Source: Pseudobacteriovorax sp. (lineage in GTDB: Bacteria > Bdellovibrionota_B > Oligoflexia > Oligoflexales > Oligoflexaceae). Taken from it: a stretch of 40,486 bases of DNA. Below, one piece after another: positions 27,837 to 37,500 of the stretch; within the stretch, counting starts at the first letter, position 1, and each line of letters opens with the position of its first letter. The DNA is taken from the NCBI GenBank assembly GCA_050293845.1, contig JBNKNM010000028.1:1-40486 (forward strand). Direction: 5' to 3'. Position numbers and translations under genes: made by a program. Under the pieces are notes generated by a model. That model saw only the letters and a program-made list of their open reading frames with translations. It did no database searches and was not told where the DNA came from.

Positions 27837-30704
27837 ATGAAAAGCTATATCATCATACTTTCATCATTATTTTTTTGGATCGCATGCCAAGAAAAAAGTA
27901 TAGAAACATCTGTTGTTGTCAGAGCTTTAAATGAAGCAAAAAAACCTATTTTAAATGCTGACATATACATCAATAATCAATTTGAAGGCAAAACCAACAC
28001 TCAAGGATATTTTCAAGCTAAAATTAAGACCACAGCCGAAAGTCGCCTTGTAGTACAAGTGCAAAAAGATAGTAAATTTCTCTACTACGCACCATACTTT
28101 GAAAATGTTATTATACAGGCTAATCAAACGACTCTGCATATTAACGCCATTTTATACTCTGTTCCTAAACCTTCTGAAAACGAAGACAGCACTTCTGTGG
28201 AGCAGGAAACATCGCCATCTCTGGTTGAGGAATCTGTAAATGCAACGGATATTCAGCCTACAGCAGAAAACCTTGAGTTGCAGCCGGACAACCATAATGC
28301 CAGTGAGCCTGATCCTAAGATTGAGTCTGTACCCACTACAACCACACCCAACGTGGTAGGCATGATAGAAAAACCCATAGCTGAAAATATCATTCCCACC
28401 AGCCCCGCTCAACCCCTAGAGCCTCTAAAATCTGAACCAGTGGAGACCGATGATATCGTTTCCTTTTATTTGAGGGGATATTCATCCAGAAGAGGTAAGG
28501 GGGGAGAAATATATTTAGGAGATCAAAAAACTGGGTCTTTTAATCTACTTTGCAAGGTAAATCGTAGAGGACGCTGCAGTGTTTCCATGGACCAACTGCC
28601 CCTAGCCAAGGCTGAAATTTTAGTCAAAAGTGATGGCTACCGTACGGCTAGGCTTAAAAGGAATATTACTGCAGGAGATAAAGTTCATATTCCTCTAATG
28701 AAAGGACACAGTATCGATGTACAAACCAAATTATTGTTCAATCGCGACTTACGCCCCTTAGAAAATATATCCGTCTGGATCAATGATAGAAGAGTGGGTG
28801 TCACCGATAGCTTTGGCCACTTTACCAGCCCCATAAAAGGAGCTAAAGGTGACCTTATAAAAGTAACCCTTAAAAGCAATCAGTATGCACCTGCAACCAG
28901 CTCTACTGACTTTGTCATCGGCGGAAACTTATCTTTTACAAAGCATTTTACATCCAAATCAATCCCAAACATTACATTAGTAACAGCACCGGTACAAATT
29001 GCTGGCAAGTTGAAAGGAAAAACTCTACCAACCTTTACTGAAACAGTGGAACAGAATATTTCAAGGGCACTGAAACACAGCCTTTTTCAAAACAAAATAT
29101 TTATCAGTAAAAATTTTGCAAAATCGTTTAAACATAAAAATTTTGGTAAAATTTTGAAGTCAGGTTGGAGCCGTGATGACACCAATCAAAGCATCTATGG
29201 CATTATCATCCCAACTTTAGTGATTCATCAAACGATGACTATCGAACTTAACATTGTTGGCAATGATGGCAAAAGTCTCATGGCTGCAAAAAGAGAGCTG
29301 AGCAACATTCAAGATCAAACCTTAGTACGTAAAACAGTAGCTGCCATTGCGAAAGAGCTTATGGATAAATTTCCATACCCTAGTTATATTAAAGCAAAGT
29401 CAGGGAATCAATTTGTAGTCCAGCAGTCCCATTTAGGAATCACACCTGCCATTGGTGATCTGTTTTCAGTCACAGGAACTCAATCAGGCACTACCGGACA
29501 GAGTAAATTCCCAGCCAAAGGCGGATTGCTGCGGGTGTCACGGATTAATGTCAAAAGCGGTACAATTTATTCTGTAGTAGACAAACAAATACCCCGTAGT
29601 CATTATGATATTGGTGATGCCTTGATTTATCGAGGAGCTAAAAAAAACCAATCCCTGGTTTTTACACTGCATGTTGTCGATAAATCCTCTCAAAAACCCA
29701 TCCAGCAGGCAAGTGTTTATTTTGGTCACGATTGGATGGGAACAACCAATCAGGATGGCAAACTTATAGGTCACTTCCCTTTCAGGGAAAGACGCCTCCT
29801 TAGAGTCATCAAGCACGGATATCAAGGATTTGCTAAAGAAACCAAGATTGGTCGCAAGGGACAATTTGAAATCAAATTAAATCGTGTTAGCGCTTTTTTA
29901 AGAATGGACAGTATTCCTTCCGGCATGAGCGTATTTGTCGACAAGAATTATATTGGCAAAACTCCTATCAATCGAGCTGTAGCTGTTCCAGGTGGATTTG
30001 TGAAACTGGAGATATTGGGCCAGAATGGGTATAAAAATTTCAAAAAAGTCATCGAATTTAAAAACGAGGTTGTTGATTTGACGGGTGAGCAAGCCGTAGT
30101 TCTGGAAAAAGACTTGAAATCCTTAGCCGATCAAACCATCGAATCTGGAAAAATCGATGAGGCCATCAAAATTTTAGAATCTATCCCTCCTACTCATTCT
30201 GATTATTTAATAGGTCAGCATCAGACGGGTATCGTTTATATGACACTATTAGATCAACCTAGCCGCGCAGCTGCCGCATTTCACAAGGTTACCAGTCATC
30301 CCGAAGTCAAGACATTTCGTGACAAAAGATTTATCGGTAGCCATATAAACGAAGGTATCGCCCTTTACCTCACAGGAAAAAACTTGGAAAAAGAGCAACA
30401 AGATGTCGCTAATGCCCATTATGAAAAAGCTATACAGGTTCTAGAAAAAACTGTCCCCTTTTTACGCCACATAAACGAATCGGAGTATCAGCTAGCCTTT
30501 GAAAACTTATTCTACTATAAAGCTCTTTCTCATCAAAAGATCGGTGAAGCCACCGGTGATAAAAATCACCTCCAACAGTCTGAAAAAGATTGGGATGTTC
30601 TGTTAAGTTCGCATAAAAAATCTCATTCTGCCAGCACCCTTTTAAAAAATGCAGGTATCTATAAGAAGCAATTGCAACTTGCGCTCAAGCAAAAAGGGGA
30701 ATAG
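27837..30704 (+). CDS. Large multidomain lipoprotein (beta-sandwich repeats, PEGA, TPR-like C-terminus)
   Basis: Lipobox WIAC; three P(I/L)xxxx(V/I)...GxT(N/D)xxG repeats; PEGA DSIPSGMSVFVDKNYIGKTP; helical TPR-like tail (GKIDEAIKIL, AHYEKAIQVL, YYKALSHQK). Confidence 0.78.
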   Translation: MKSYIIILSSLFFWIACQEKSIETSVVVRALNEAKKPILNADIYINNQFEGKTNTQGYFQAKIKTTAESRLVVQVQKDSKFLYYAPYFENVIIQANQTTLHINAILYSVPKPSENEDSTSVEQETSPSLVEESVNATDIQPTAENLELQPDNHNASEPDPKIESVPTTTTPNVVGMIEKPIAENIIPTSPAQPLEPLKSEPVETDDIVSFYLRGYSSRRGKGGEIYLGDQKTGSFNLLCKVNRRGRCSVSMDQLPLAKAEILVKSDGYRTARLKRNITAGDKVHIPLMKGHSIDVQTKLLFNRDLRPLENISVWINDRRVGVTDSFGHFTSPIKGAKGDLIKVTLKSNQYAPATSSTDFVIGGNLSFTKHFTSKSIPNITLVTAPVQIAGKLKGKTLPTFTETVEQNISRALKHSLFQNKIFISKNFAKSFKHKNFGKILKSGWSRDDTNQSIYGIIIPTLVIHQTMTIELNIVGNDGKSLMAAKRELSNIQDQTLVRKTVAAIAKELMDKFPYPSYIKAKSGNQFVVQQSHLGITPAIGDLFSVTGTQSGTTGQSKFPAKGGLLRVSRINVKSGTIYSVVDKQIPRSHYDIGDALIYRGAKKNQSLVFTLHVVDKSSQKPIQQASVYFGHDWMGTTNQDGKLIGHFPFRERRLLRVIKHGYQGFAKETKIGRKGQFEIKLNRVSAFLRMDSIPSGMSVFVDKNYIGKTPINRAVAVPGGFVKLEILGQNGYKNFKKVIEFKNEVVDLTGEQAVVLEKDLKSLADQTIESGKIDEAIKILESIPPTHSDYLIGQHQTGIVYMTLLDQPSRAAAAFHKVTSHPEVKTFRDKRFIGSHINEGIALYLTGKNLEKEQQDVANAHYEKAIQVLEKTVPFLRHINESEYQLAFENLFYYKALSHQKIGEATGDKNHLQQSEKDWDVLLSSHKKSHSASTLLKNAGIYKKQLQLALKQKGE

Positions 30705-30705
30705 T

Positions 30706-32025
30706 GTGAGGCAATTCTTATTGGTGGCTTTTGTATGTACTTGGCTCTACAGCTGCTACTCATTACCTCATAGCTGGTATTATCAGGATGAATTTATCGC
30801 TCACAAAAACAGCTATTTTCCTGATTTTATTGTCGAGTTCTTTCCTCATGCCATACGTTTCGAAAAAAAATTTAATTCTGTAGCCTTAGCTGCTCAAGGA
30901 TTTAAGCTCATCGAGATAAAACCTTTGATCCCGCGACAACGTAAAAACTCTGAAGCTAACCTCGCTTGGTCAAAAAACGGTCGCTTTTTAAGCTACGAAA
31001 AAAACACTCCTCAAGGTAACTTAATCGAAATTCGTGAACTTTCAGGTCGCTACCATCAAACTCTTTCAACAAATAAATCAACTCCTAAGCTTGCTCCCTG
31101 GTTGCAGGTACACTACAAGAGCTATAACTCCGGTTTATCCTGGTCCCAAGACGAGCAAAAATTTGCTTTTATTTCCAATGGAGTGCGAGGCAGTTACAAT
31201 GTATTTGTTGGTGAGCTAGATACCGTACCTTATGCCGTTACGCAGTCGCGACAACGCAATGGCTTTGCAAAGTGGAGTCCCCAAAGCCAAGAAATTGCTT
31301 ATATCAGTTCGGCAACAGGCCATGGGGATATCTATACCTTCGATTTGCAGTCTGAGTCTCATTCTCTCGTTTGGGCCAGTCCCGATATGGAATTGTTTCC
31401 AGAGTGGATTCCTCATGGAGATGGCATTGTCTTTAATAGTGGAAAATCCAATCAGCACCAGATTATGGCTATCATTAAAGACGCCTCAGGAGAGTGGGAT
31501 AGTCCCTATTACTTGACACAATGGCCCAACGATAATTTGCGCCCCACCTTATCTCCTGATGGACAATGGGTTGCATTTTTTGGCAGCAACGAAAGAGACG
31601 GCTGGGATCTTTATGTTTTGCCATTTTCAGGCCGTTACCCTACGGCTTTTGACATGAAAAAGCACATTATAGCGCATAATGTAGTATTAGATCTTAATAC
31701 GGGACCAGCCTGGTCACCCTCTGGAGAATACATTTTTTTCATAGCTAACGATTTGAGTCTATTTAATCCTATCTATGCTCATCATTTAAAAACCGGTATC
31801 CAATATAGGTTGCAAACTAACACTCGCATGAACAGAGATCTTATGATTTCTAAGCATGGTGTTTTGAGCTTTCGAGCTCAGGTAGGTGCCTGGGACAAGA
31901 TATTCGTAGCCCTTACTAATCTCGGCATATCCTTGAATAAGCCTCAAACATTAAAGAATATTTCATATTATGATCCACAAAATCCTACATATATTGCAAA
32001 CTATATTACTCAGGAGGCGCTATGA
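30706..32025 (+). CDS. TolB-like PD40 beta-propeller lipoprotein
   Basis: GTG start after GGGGA; lipobox LYSC; repeats WSKNGRFLSY, WSQDEQKFAFIS, WSPQSQEIAYIS, WIPHGDGIVF, LSPDGQWVAF and WSPSGEYIFF. Confidence 0.8.
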   Translation: MRQFLLVAFVCTWLYSCYSLPHSWYYQDEFIAHKNSYFPDFIVEFFPHAIRFEKKFNSVALAAQGFKLIEIKPLIPRQRKNSEANLAWSKNGRFLSYEKNTPQGNLIEIRELSGRYHQTLSTNKSTPKLAPWLQVHYKSYNSGLSWSQDEQKFAFISNGVRGSYNVFVGELDTVPYAVTQSRQRNGFAKWSPQSQEIAYISSATGHGDIYTFDLQSESHSLVWASPDMELFPEWIPHGDGIVFNSGKSNQHQIMAIIKDASGEWDSPYYLTQWPNDNLRPTLSPDGQWVAFFGSNERDGWDLYVLPFSGRYPTAFDMKKHIIAHNVVLDLNTGPAWSPSGEYIFFIANDLSLFNPIYAHHLKTGIQYRLQTNTRMNRDLMISKHGVLSFRAQVGAWDKIFVALTNLGISLNKPQTLKNISYYDPQNPTYIANYITQEAL

Positions 32026-33590
32026 ATAGATGCATTATCATGTATCTTATGATACTTTCCCAACTGGGTTTCTCCATCAACGAGAAGCGCATCATCTATG
32101 GAGAGTCCACTAAATTAACTCGATTTGATCCCTACACTGTGAGGGAAAGTGCGGCCCATCGTTTATCAGACCTGTTATTTGATTCCCTTGTTACTATCGG
32201 AGCAGGAGGTTCGATAAAACCCCATATAGCAAAAGACTGGACGATTGAGAATGGAGGAACAGCTGTTTCTTTGCATATTCGCGAAAAAGTGTTTTGGCAC
32301 CAAGAAGGTGATCAACCTTTAAAACCGGTCACATCAGATGATATTGTAACAACCATCAGACTGCTTAAGGCACCGGGAAGCGAGATTCCCAACAAGGAAC
32401 TCTACGAAACAATTTCCCGTGTGGATGTGATTTCTAAATTTTACGTTCGTATCCAATTTTCACGCGCCTTAGCACAACCTCTGAAGTTCCTATTATTCAA
32501 ACTACTTCCCCATCATAAACTAGCTGCCACGGAGTCTTTGCGTAAAACCGATGCGTTCACACAAAAACCCGTAGGCACCGGCCCCTATTCCTTTGAGAAG
32601 GTCACTCCCCAAGGTGAGATACTTCTAAAAAGAAACCCTTTTTATTTTAAAGGACTAGCTGCTATCAAAGAAATTATTATGAAGCCCTATCTTGATCGCC
32701 ATGTTATGACACAGTCATTTATGTACCGCTCTTTAGATCTTCTACCCTACCTCAGTCCTAAATATATTACCGAAGTCAGGGGTGATCACCGCCTAAATTT
32801 AATCCCTTATGCGGCACAATCATTTTCATTCATTGCAATGAACCAGAATAATCATTTTTTGAAAGATCTACGAGTCCGGAAAGCTATCAGTCATGCCATT
32901 AATCGCAAAGAAATGCTAAGCGCTTTTTTTCAGAGTCAGGGCTATCTGATTTCTGGACCGTTCTCACCAAGCTCCTGGGCTTACAACCTTAAGGCCAAAG
33001 GCTACGACTATGATCCCCAAGCCGCCACCATGCTACTCAAGAAAGCAGGGTTTCAAAGAAAAAGTCCAAAAGAATTACTTACAAATTCTAACAATGAAGT
33101 CCTGAAACTTAAATTTGCTATTCCCTTATCAGGTGAGCAGGATGTTTTAAAAAGAATCGTACTTGCCATACAGTCTTATTTACAAAATATAGGCATTGCT
33201 GTCGAACTCAAATTTTTCGACTGGCAGGTATGGAAATCAGAAGTCATTGGCAAGAGAAACTATGATTTGACCATCGCCTCTTGGGATTTTGATGACTCAT
33301 CCAATATTACTAGCTTGTTCCATAGTCGTAACGCAAAACCCTGGGGCAACAATTTTGTGAATTACCGCAACCCCTCTGTGGACACCATGCTGATTGAAGC
33401 AAATATTACTAATGACTTTGATAAGAGACGCGCTATTTATCAGCAACTTCACAAAAAAATTAGCTCCGACGCCCCCTACGTTTTCCTCTGGACACTAAAG
33501 CACCATGCCGCCCACTCCCGGGAGATCGCAAACTTGAAAGTAGAACCCTTTGCGTTTTTCAAGCATGTTACTGAGTGGCAAATCAAATAG
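32022..33590 (+). CDS. Family 5 (OppA/DppA/AppA-like) substrate-binding protein
   Basis: LFDSLV, PHIAKDW, PVGTGPY, DLRVRKAISHAINR and YRNPSVDTML...RRAIYQQ; no permease or ATPase genes adjacent. Confidence 0.9.
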   Translation: MNRCIIMYLMILSQLGFSINEKRIIYGESTKLTRFDPYTVRESAAHRLSDLLFDSLVTIGAGGSIKPHIAKDWTIENGGTAVSLHIREKVFWHQEGDQPLKPVTSDDIVTTIRLLKAPGSEIPNKELYETISRVDVISKFYVRIQFSRALAQPLKFLLFKLLPHHKLAATESLRKTDAFTQKPVGTGPYSFEKVTPQGEILLKRNPFYFKGLAAIKEIIMKPYLDRHVMTQSFMYRSLDLLPYLSPKYITEVRGDHRLNLIPYAAQSFSFIAMNQNNHFLKDLRVRKAISHAINRKEMLSAFFQSQGYLISGPFSPSSWAYNLKAKGYDYDPQAATMLLKKAGFQRKSPKELLTNSNNEVLKLKFAIPLSGEQDVLKRIVLAIQSYLQNIGIAVELKFFDWQVWKSEVIGKRNYDLTIASWDFDDSSNITSLFHSRNAKPWGNNFVNYRNPSVDTMLIEANITNDFDKRRAIYQQLHKKISSDAPYVFLWTLKHHAAHSREIANLKVEPFAFFKHVTEWQIK

Positions 33591-33599
33591 AGGGTATGA

Positions 33600-34490
33600 A
33601 TGGATACAAAATCCAAAGACAAGAATGAAAAGGTAGAGGATAAAAAACAGTCCAAAATAGAAGACTATCTCACTGGACCGCGCAAGAAGCGAAAAAATTT
33701 CGTTATTTTTGCTTTGGGTGAAGCTTTTGACATTGACCTAGCCCAAGCTATGGATGATTTTATCAAAAAAAATTATCCTCAACTTTCGACTTCAAAACCC
33801 AAAAACCCTCAGGATCTTACCAGACAGTTTGGAAGGAATATTTCGTTACTTATCATCGATGATAATTTCGATGACATCCATATCGTACTAGGACTAGTGA
33901 AAGCTTTAAAAGAAAAAAGACGTAGCGAAACCATCCCCGTCCTGTTTATGACTCGCAATGCACCCGGATTAATTGCGTTATACCATAAGGAATTACTTCT
34001 CTATCACGAAACCGATGAATATATTGTCTATCCAGGAATACAAAAGGCTAGGGTGTGTGCACGCATCAAGGTGGGTATAGAGGATAATAACAAAAGACGA
34101 AGTAGACGCTATACGGTGTTTATTCCTGTTACTTTCTTCCATCTATCACGAGATACCATCATTGAAGGACACCTTGTTGACCTATCTCTCCACGGTGCGG
34201 TTCTAGAAGCCGAAAGCGATGTGATCTTCCGAGCAGGGGATCAGATTAAAATCAGCTTACCTATCGCTGATCACTATGAGCATACTTCCGGAGACTTCAT
34301 TAAGGTTTCTGCCAGAGTGAGACGGGTTTTTATATCGGGGACAAAGGTTTCCATCTCATTTGAACATGTTAGTGATAGGCAACTAGAAGCCCTCACCCAT
34401 TACCTCACTAATTTGGTCGCCCAGCAAATGCATCGTCAAGCGCTACGGGTGAAGAATACTCTGGCACACTCCCACAAATATGACACTTGA
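33600..34490 (+). CDS. PilZ-domain protein with an N-terminal degenerate receiver-like domain
   Basis: RRSRR (RxxxR) and DLSLHG (DxSxxG) c-di-GMP motifs; N-domain LLIIDD...IPVLFMT...DEYIVYP. Confidence 0.8.
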   Translation: MDTKSKDKNEKVEDKKQSKIEDYLTGPRKKRKNFVIFALGEAFDIDLAQAMDDFIKKNYPQLSTSKPKNPQDLTRQFGRNISLLIIDDNFDDIHIVLGLVKALKEKRRSETIPVLFMTRNAPGLIALYHKELLLYHETDEYIVYPGIQKARVCARIKVGIEDNNKRRSRRYTVFIPVTFFHLSRDTIIEGHLVDLSLHGAVLEAESDVIFRAGDQIKISLPIADHYEHTSGDFIKVSARVRRVFISGTKVSISFEHVSDRQLEALTHYLTNLVAQQMHRQALRVKNTLAHSHKYDT

Positions 34491-34550
34491 TCATTAGTAC
34501 ATAGTAAGCTAGTAGTGGGAGGTCATCAGCTGATACAGGGGCCGCCTCGC

Positions 34551-35540
34551 ATGCTTTCGTATACTAAAAAAACTATTCTTTTCTGGTTAAAGCGGCTCAC
34601 TCATCCGATATTTGTCTTTGTATTGCTTCAGGTAGTCTGGTTAGCTTTTGTCGTGCTCTGGGTGGTTTGGTTTGTAAATCAAAAAGAGACATTACAGCAA
34701 GTTAGTGCCCTTATGGGGGCTACAAGTTTTGAGGGCACCACAGGAATCATGACCCTAGTTATAGGTTCGATCCTTCTGGGGATGATCCTTGTAGGAACTG
34801 TTGTTCTATTTATTTTTACCCAAGTTCAAGGCAGCCTTCTAAGACAGCAAAAATCCTTTGTTTCCAGTGTTACCCATGAACTCAGGTCACCGCTGGCATC
34901 CATACAGCTCTCTTTTGAGACCATGCAACGACCGCAATTACCGGAGGCGGTGCAGAGTCGCTTGTTTACCATGGTCCAACGCGATATTGAGCGATTGGCG
35001 CGTTTAGTAGACCGCATCCTACTATCAGCCCGACTGGATCGGGGCATACTCGATTATCAGTCACAATGGGAAGTCTTTAACCTGAAAGAACTGATAGTAA
35101 GGAGCCTAGAAGAGTCTAAATATCTAGACCCCAATATACGTCAAAGAGTTACATTAATTTGCCCTGAACACCTCAATGTTCGTAGCACACGCATGGGAAT
35201 GGAAATGATCTTGGGCAACCTTGTAGAAAACGCGATCAAATACTCTCCCAGGGCAAGCAAGATAGAAATATCGGTCCTTAGAGAAAACTATGAGCTGCGT
35301 ATATCCGTGGCAGACAACGGTTATGGGGTCAATACCAAGGATCAAAGAAAGATCTTTAAAATGTTCCACCGTACACCCCGTGCCACTAAAAATGCGGTTC
35401 CCGGTACTGGATTAGGACTTTATATCGTGAAATCTCTAGTAAAAAGTTTAAGGGGACAAATATGGGTCGAAAGCGATGGCATTGGTAAAGGTTCTACCTT
35501 TTGGGTAGCCTTTCCTGAAGATATTGTGGCTCTGGATTGA
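34551..35540 (+). CDS. Membrane sensor histidine kinase (HisKA + HATPase_c)
   Basis: Two TM helices, THELRSPL, NLVENAIKYS, DNGYG, GTGLGL and GKGSTF. Confidence 0.93.
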   Translation: MLSYTKKTILFWLKRLTHPIFVFVLLQVVWLAFVVLWVVWFVNQKETLQQVSALMGATSFEGTTGIMTLVIGSILLGMILVGTVVLFIFTQVQGSLLRQQKSFVSSVTHELRSPLASIQLSFETMQRPQLPEAVQSRLFTMVQRDIERLARLVDRILLSARLDRGILDYQSQWEVFNLKELIVRSLEESKYLDPNIRQRVTLICPEHLNVRSTRMGMEMILGNLVENAIKYSPRASKIEISVLRENYELRISVADNGYGVNTKDQRKIFKMFHRTPRATKNAVPGTGLGLYIVKSLVKSLRGQIWVESDGIGKGSTFWVAFPEDIVALD

Positions 35541-35646
35541 AACCAACAGACCTGGTTTCCTAGTGCAAATAGCCGTAAGACCTGTTAATGACACTTATTT
35601 GATGTCAGGTCGGTCGCGGTGAAATCGATTATAACAAGGGGTCAAA

Positions 35647-36369
35647 ATGACAGAAAAAAAACGGATTCTACTCGTAGAAGACGAACCAAACCTCGCCTTC
35701 AACATCGAGTTTAACTTGCAAGCTGAGGGATACGAAGTTGTCTTAGCAGGTAATGGCAGTGAAGCTCTCGATTTATACCGTCATAAAGGATCATTCGCCC
35801 TGGTCATTCTTGATATTATGATTCCTGAGATCAACGGTTTCGAGCTGGCTAAAATTATTCGACAGGATGATAGACTGACCCAAATACTCATGCTCACAGC
35901 GCGAGCCGCGGAGCGAGACATTATACGCGGCTTAGAGAATGGGGCTGATGACTATATGACAAAGCCTTTCTCCTTTCAGGAGCTGTTGCTAAGAATCCGT
36001 CGCATGGCTGATCGTAGCGAGCTTTTTGCTAAAGAGCTGCGACCCCATGACCGGATTAGGTTTGGTAATGTGACCTGGGATATGGATAAACTGGAGATAG
36101 ATGGTCCTCAAGGCAAGTACAACTTAACTGTTCTGGAAGCCAAAGTATTGAACGAATTTGTACAAAACCCCGAGACCATTCTCTCCCGTAAGCACCTTCT
36201 CAATAAAGTTTGGGGGTTGAGCGGCAATGTGGAAACACGGACCGTCGACAATTTTGTCATGCGGCTACGCAAATATATCGAGGGCAACCCTTCACAACCT
36301 GAGTACTTAAAAAGTGTGAGAGGCCGTGGCTATAAGTTCTGTGCAACCATTCAACCTATGGAAGATTAA
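35647..36369 (+). CDS. OmpR/PhoB-family response regulator
   Basis: LLVEDE, LDIMIP, MLTA, GADDYMTKPF, and wHTH TRTVDNFVMRLRK...VRGRGY. Confidence 0.95.
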   Translation: MTEKKRILLVEDEPNLAFNIEFNLQAEGYEVVLAGNGSEALDLYRHKGSFALVILDIMIPEINGFELAKIIRQDDRLTQILMLTARAAERDIIRGLENGADDYMTKPFSFQELLLRIRRMADRSELFAKELRPHDRIRFGNVTWDMDKLEIDGPQGKYNLTVLEAKVLNEFVQNPETILSRKHLLNKVWGLSGNVETRTVDNFVMRLRKYIEGNPSQPEYLKSVRGRGYKFCATIQPMED

Positions 36370-37323
36370 ATGTATATAGAATTTGAAAAATGGCATGGCG
36401 CAAAAAACGACTTCGTTTTAACCTGGCTGGCGGGAAACGACCCTGTAATTTTCGATAGCTTGAAAAGGCAGGCCACTGCTATTTGTAACCGCAACGGCAG
36501 TGGAATTGGAGCTGATGGCATTCTCGTACTTCATACAGACCACAGTAAGCAAGCTCTACCCAAACAGCTATCCATCATCAATTCCGATGGCTCCCTGGCC
36601 GCAACTTGCGGTAACGGTATTCGCTGCGCAGCGCTAAGCACACTGCGTCGATACCGCGAACTAGAACCTAAAGAAGCTTTAGAAGGCTTTGAATTACCGC
36701 TAAAATCGAGTACGGTATCGTGCCGGTTTTTGGGTCATGGAGACCTTAAGTCCAAGAACTACTGGCCCTTGGTTAGTGCAACTATGGGAATTCCAAAATT
36801 AAATGCTGAAAATGAAACACTATACCACCAGGCCCAGGAAGAGGTAACACGTGTGGCTCGATCCCTCAAGCTCCCCGATTTAGAGCGCGATTGGGCATTG
36901 GTAAATATCGCCAATAATCACCTGGTTTTCTTCCTAGATGATGCTGATCGGCAGTTACTACAACGCGTGGGGCCTGCCTTCCAAGAGTCCAAATATTGGG
37001 ACGGTATTAATGTCCATTTAGCAGTTGCAAAAGAGGTTTCAGCTAAGGAAAAAAACCAAGCCGCCAATAAATTAGGTCATACCATTGAGGACATGTATCA
37101 TGTTTTTGTCTGGGAGAGAGGTGCCGGAGAAACCCAGGCATGTGGTTCAGGAGCTTGTGCTGTGACGCGGGCAGCCTTAGAATCAGGACTTATCGATCGC
37201 AGCCAATGGCTGGGTATCCGCATGCCAGGTGGCTTGCTGTTTACCCAGCAGCTACAAAATGATGAGGCTGTAAACCTTGCTGGTCCTGCAACGCTTGTAT
37301 TTACAGGCTCATTAGAAATATAG
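36370..37323 (+). CDS. dapF: Diaminopimelate epimerase
   Basis: KWHGAKNDF, GIGADG, NSDGS..TCGNGIRC and WERGAGETQACGSG (both catalytic Cys present). Confidence 0.95.
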   Translation: MYIEFEKWHGAKNDFVLTWLAGNDPVIFDSLKRQATAICNRNGSGIGADGILVLHTDHSKQALPKQLSIINSDGSLAATCGNGIRCAALSTLRRYRELEPKEALEGFELPLKSSTVSCRFLGHGDLKSKNYWPLVSATMGIPKLNAENETLYHQAQEEVTRVARSLKLPDLERDWALVNIANNHLVFFLDDADRQLLQRVGPAFQESKYWDGINVHLAVAKEVSAKEKNQAANKLGHTIEDMYHVFVWERGAGETQACGSGACAVTRAALESGLIDRSQWLGIRMPGGLLFTQQLQNDEAVNLAGPATLVFTGSLEI

Positions 37324-37500
37324 TCCCCATCCATAATTTACTGGTACGAAATCAAACCATCATTTTCAAGGAGAGAGCTAGACCTTTAGAAATGTTCAAC
37401 CTTCTGGTACAATTTATTTGCGTGAAAGCAGCGACTCCCTTGTCCATGCTCTTGCATTCTTACTTAAACAAGGCTAAACAGTCTGTTGCAAAGAAACATT

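Noticed and set aside
30706..32025. Calling this gene tolB
   Set aside because: No tolQRA/pal context, it has a lipobox, and the N-domain is not recognisable.
35579..35611. GACCTG...CAGGTC inverted repeat between kinase and regulator
   Set aside because: 6-bp arms with a long loop; insufficient evidence for a structured RNA.
34551..36369. Calling the pair phoR/phoB
   Set aside because: The family fits, but there is no PAS domain, no linkage to pst and no diagnostic residues visible.
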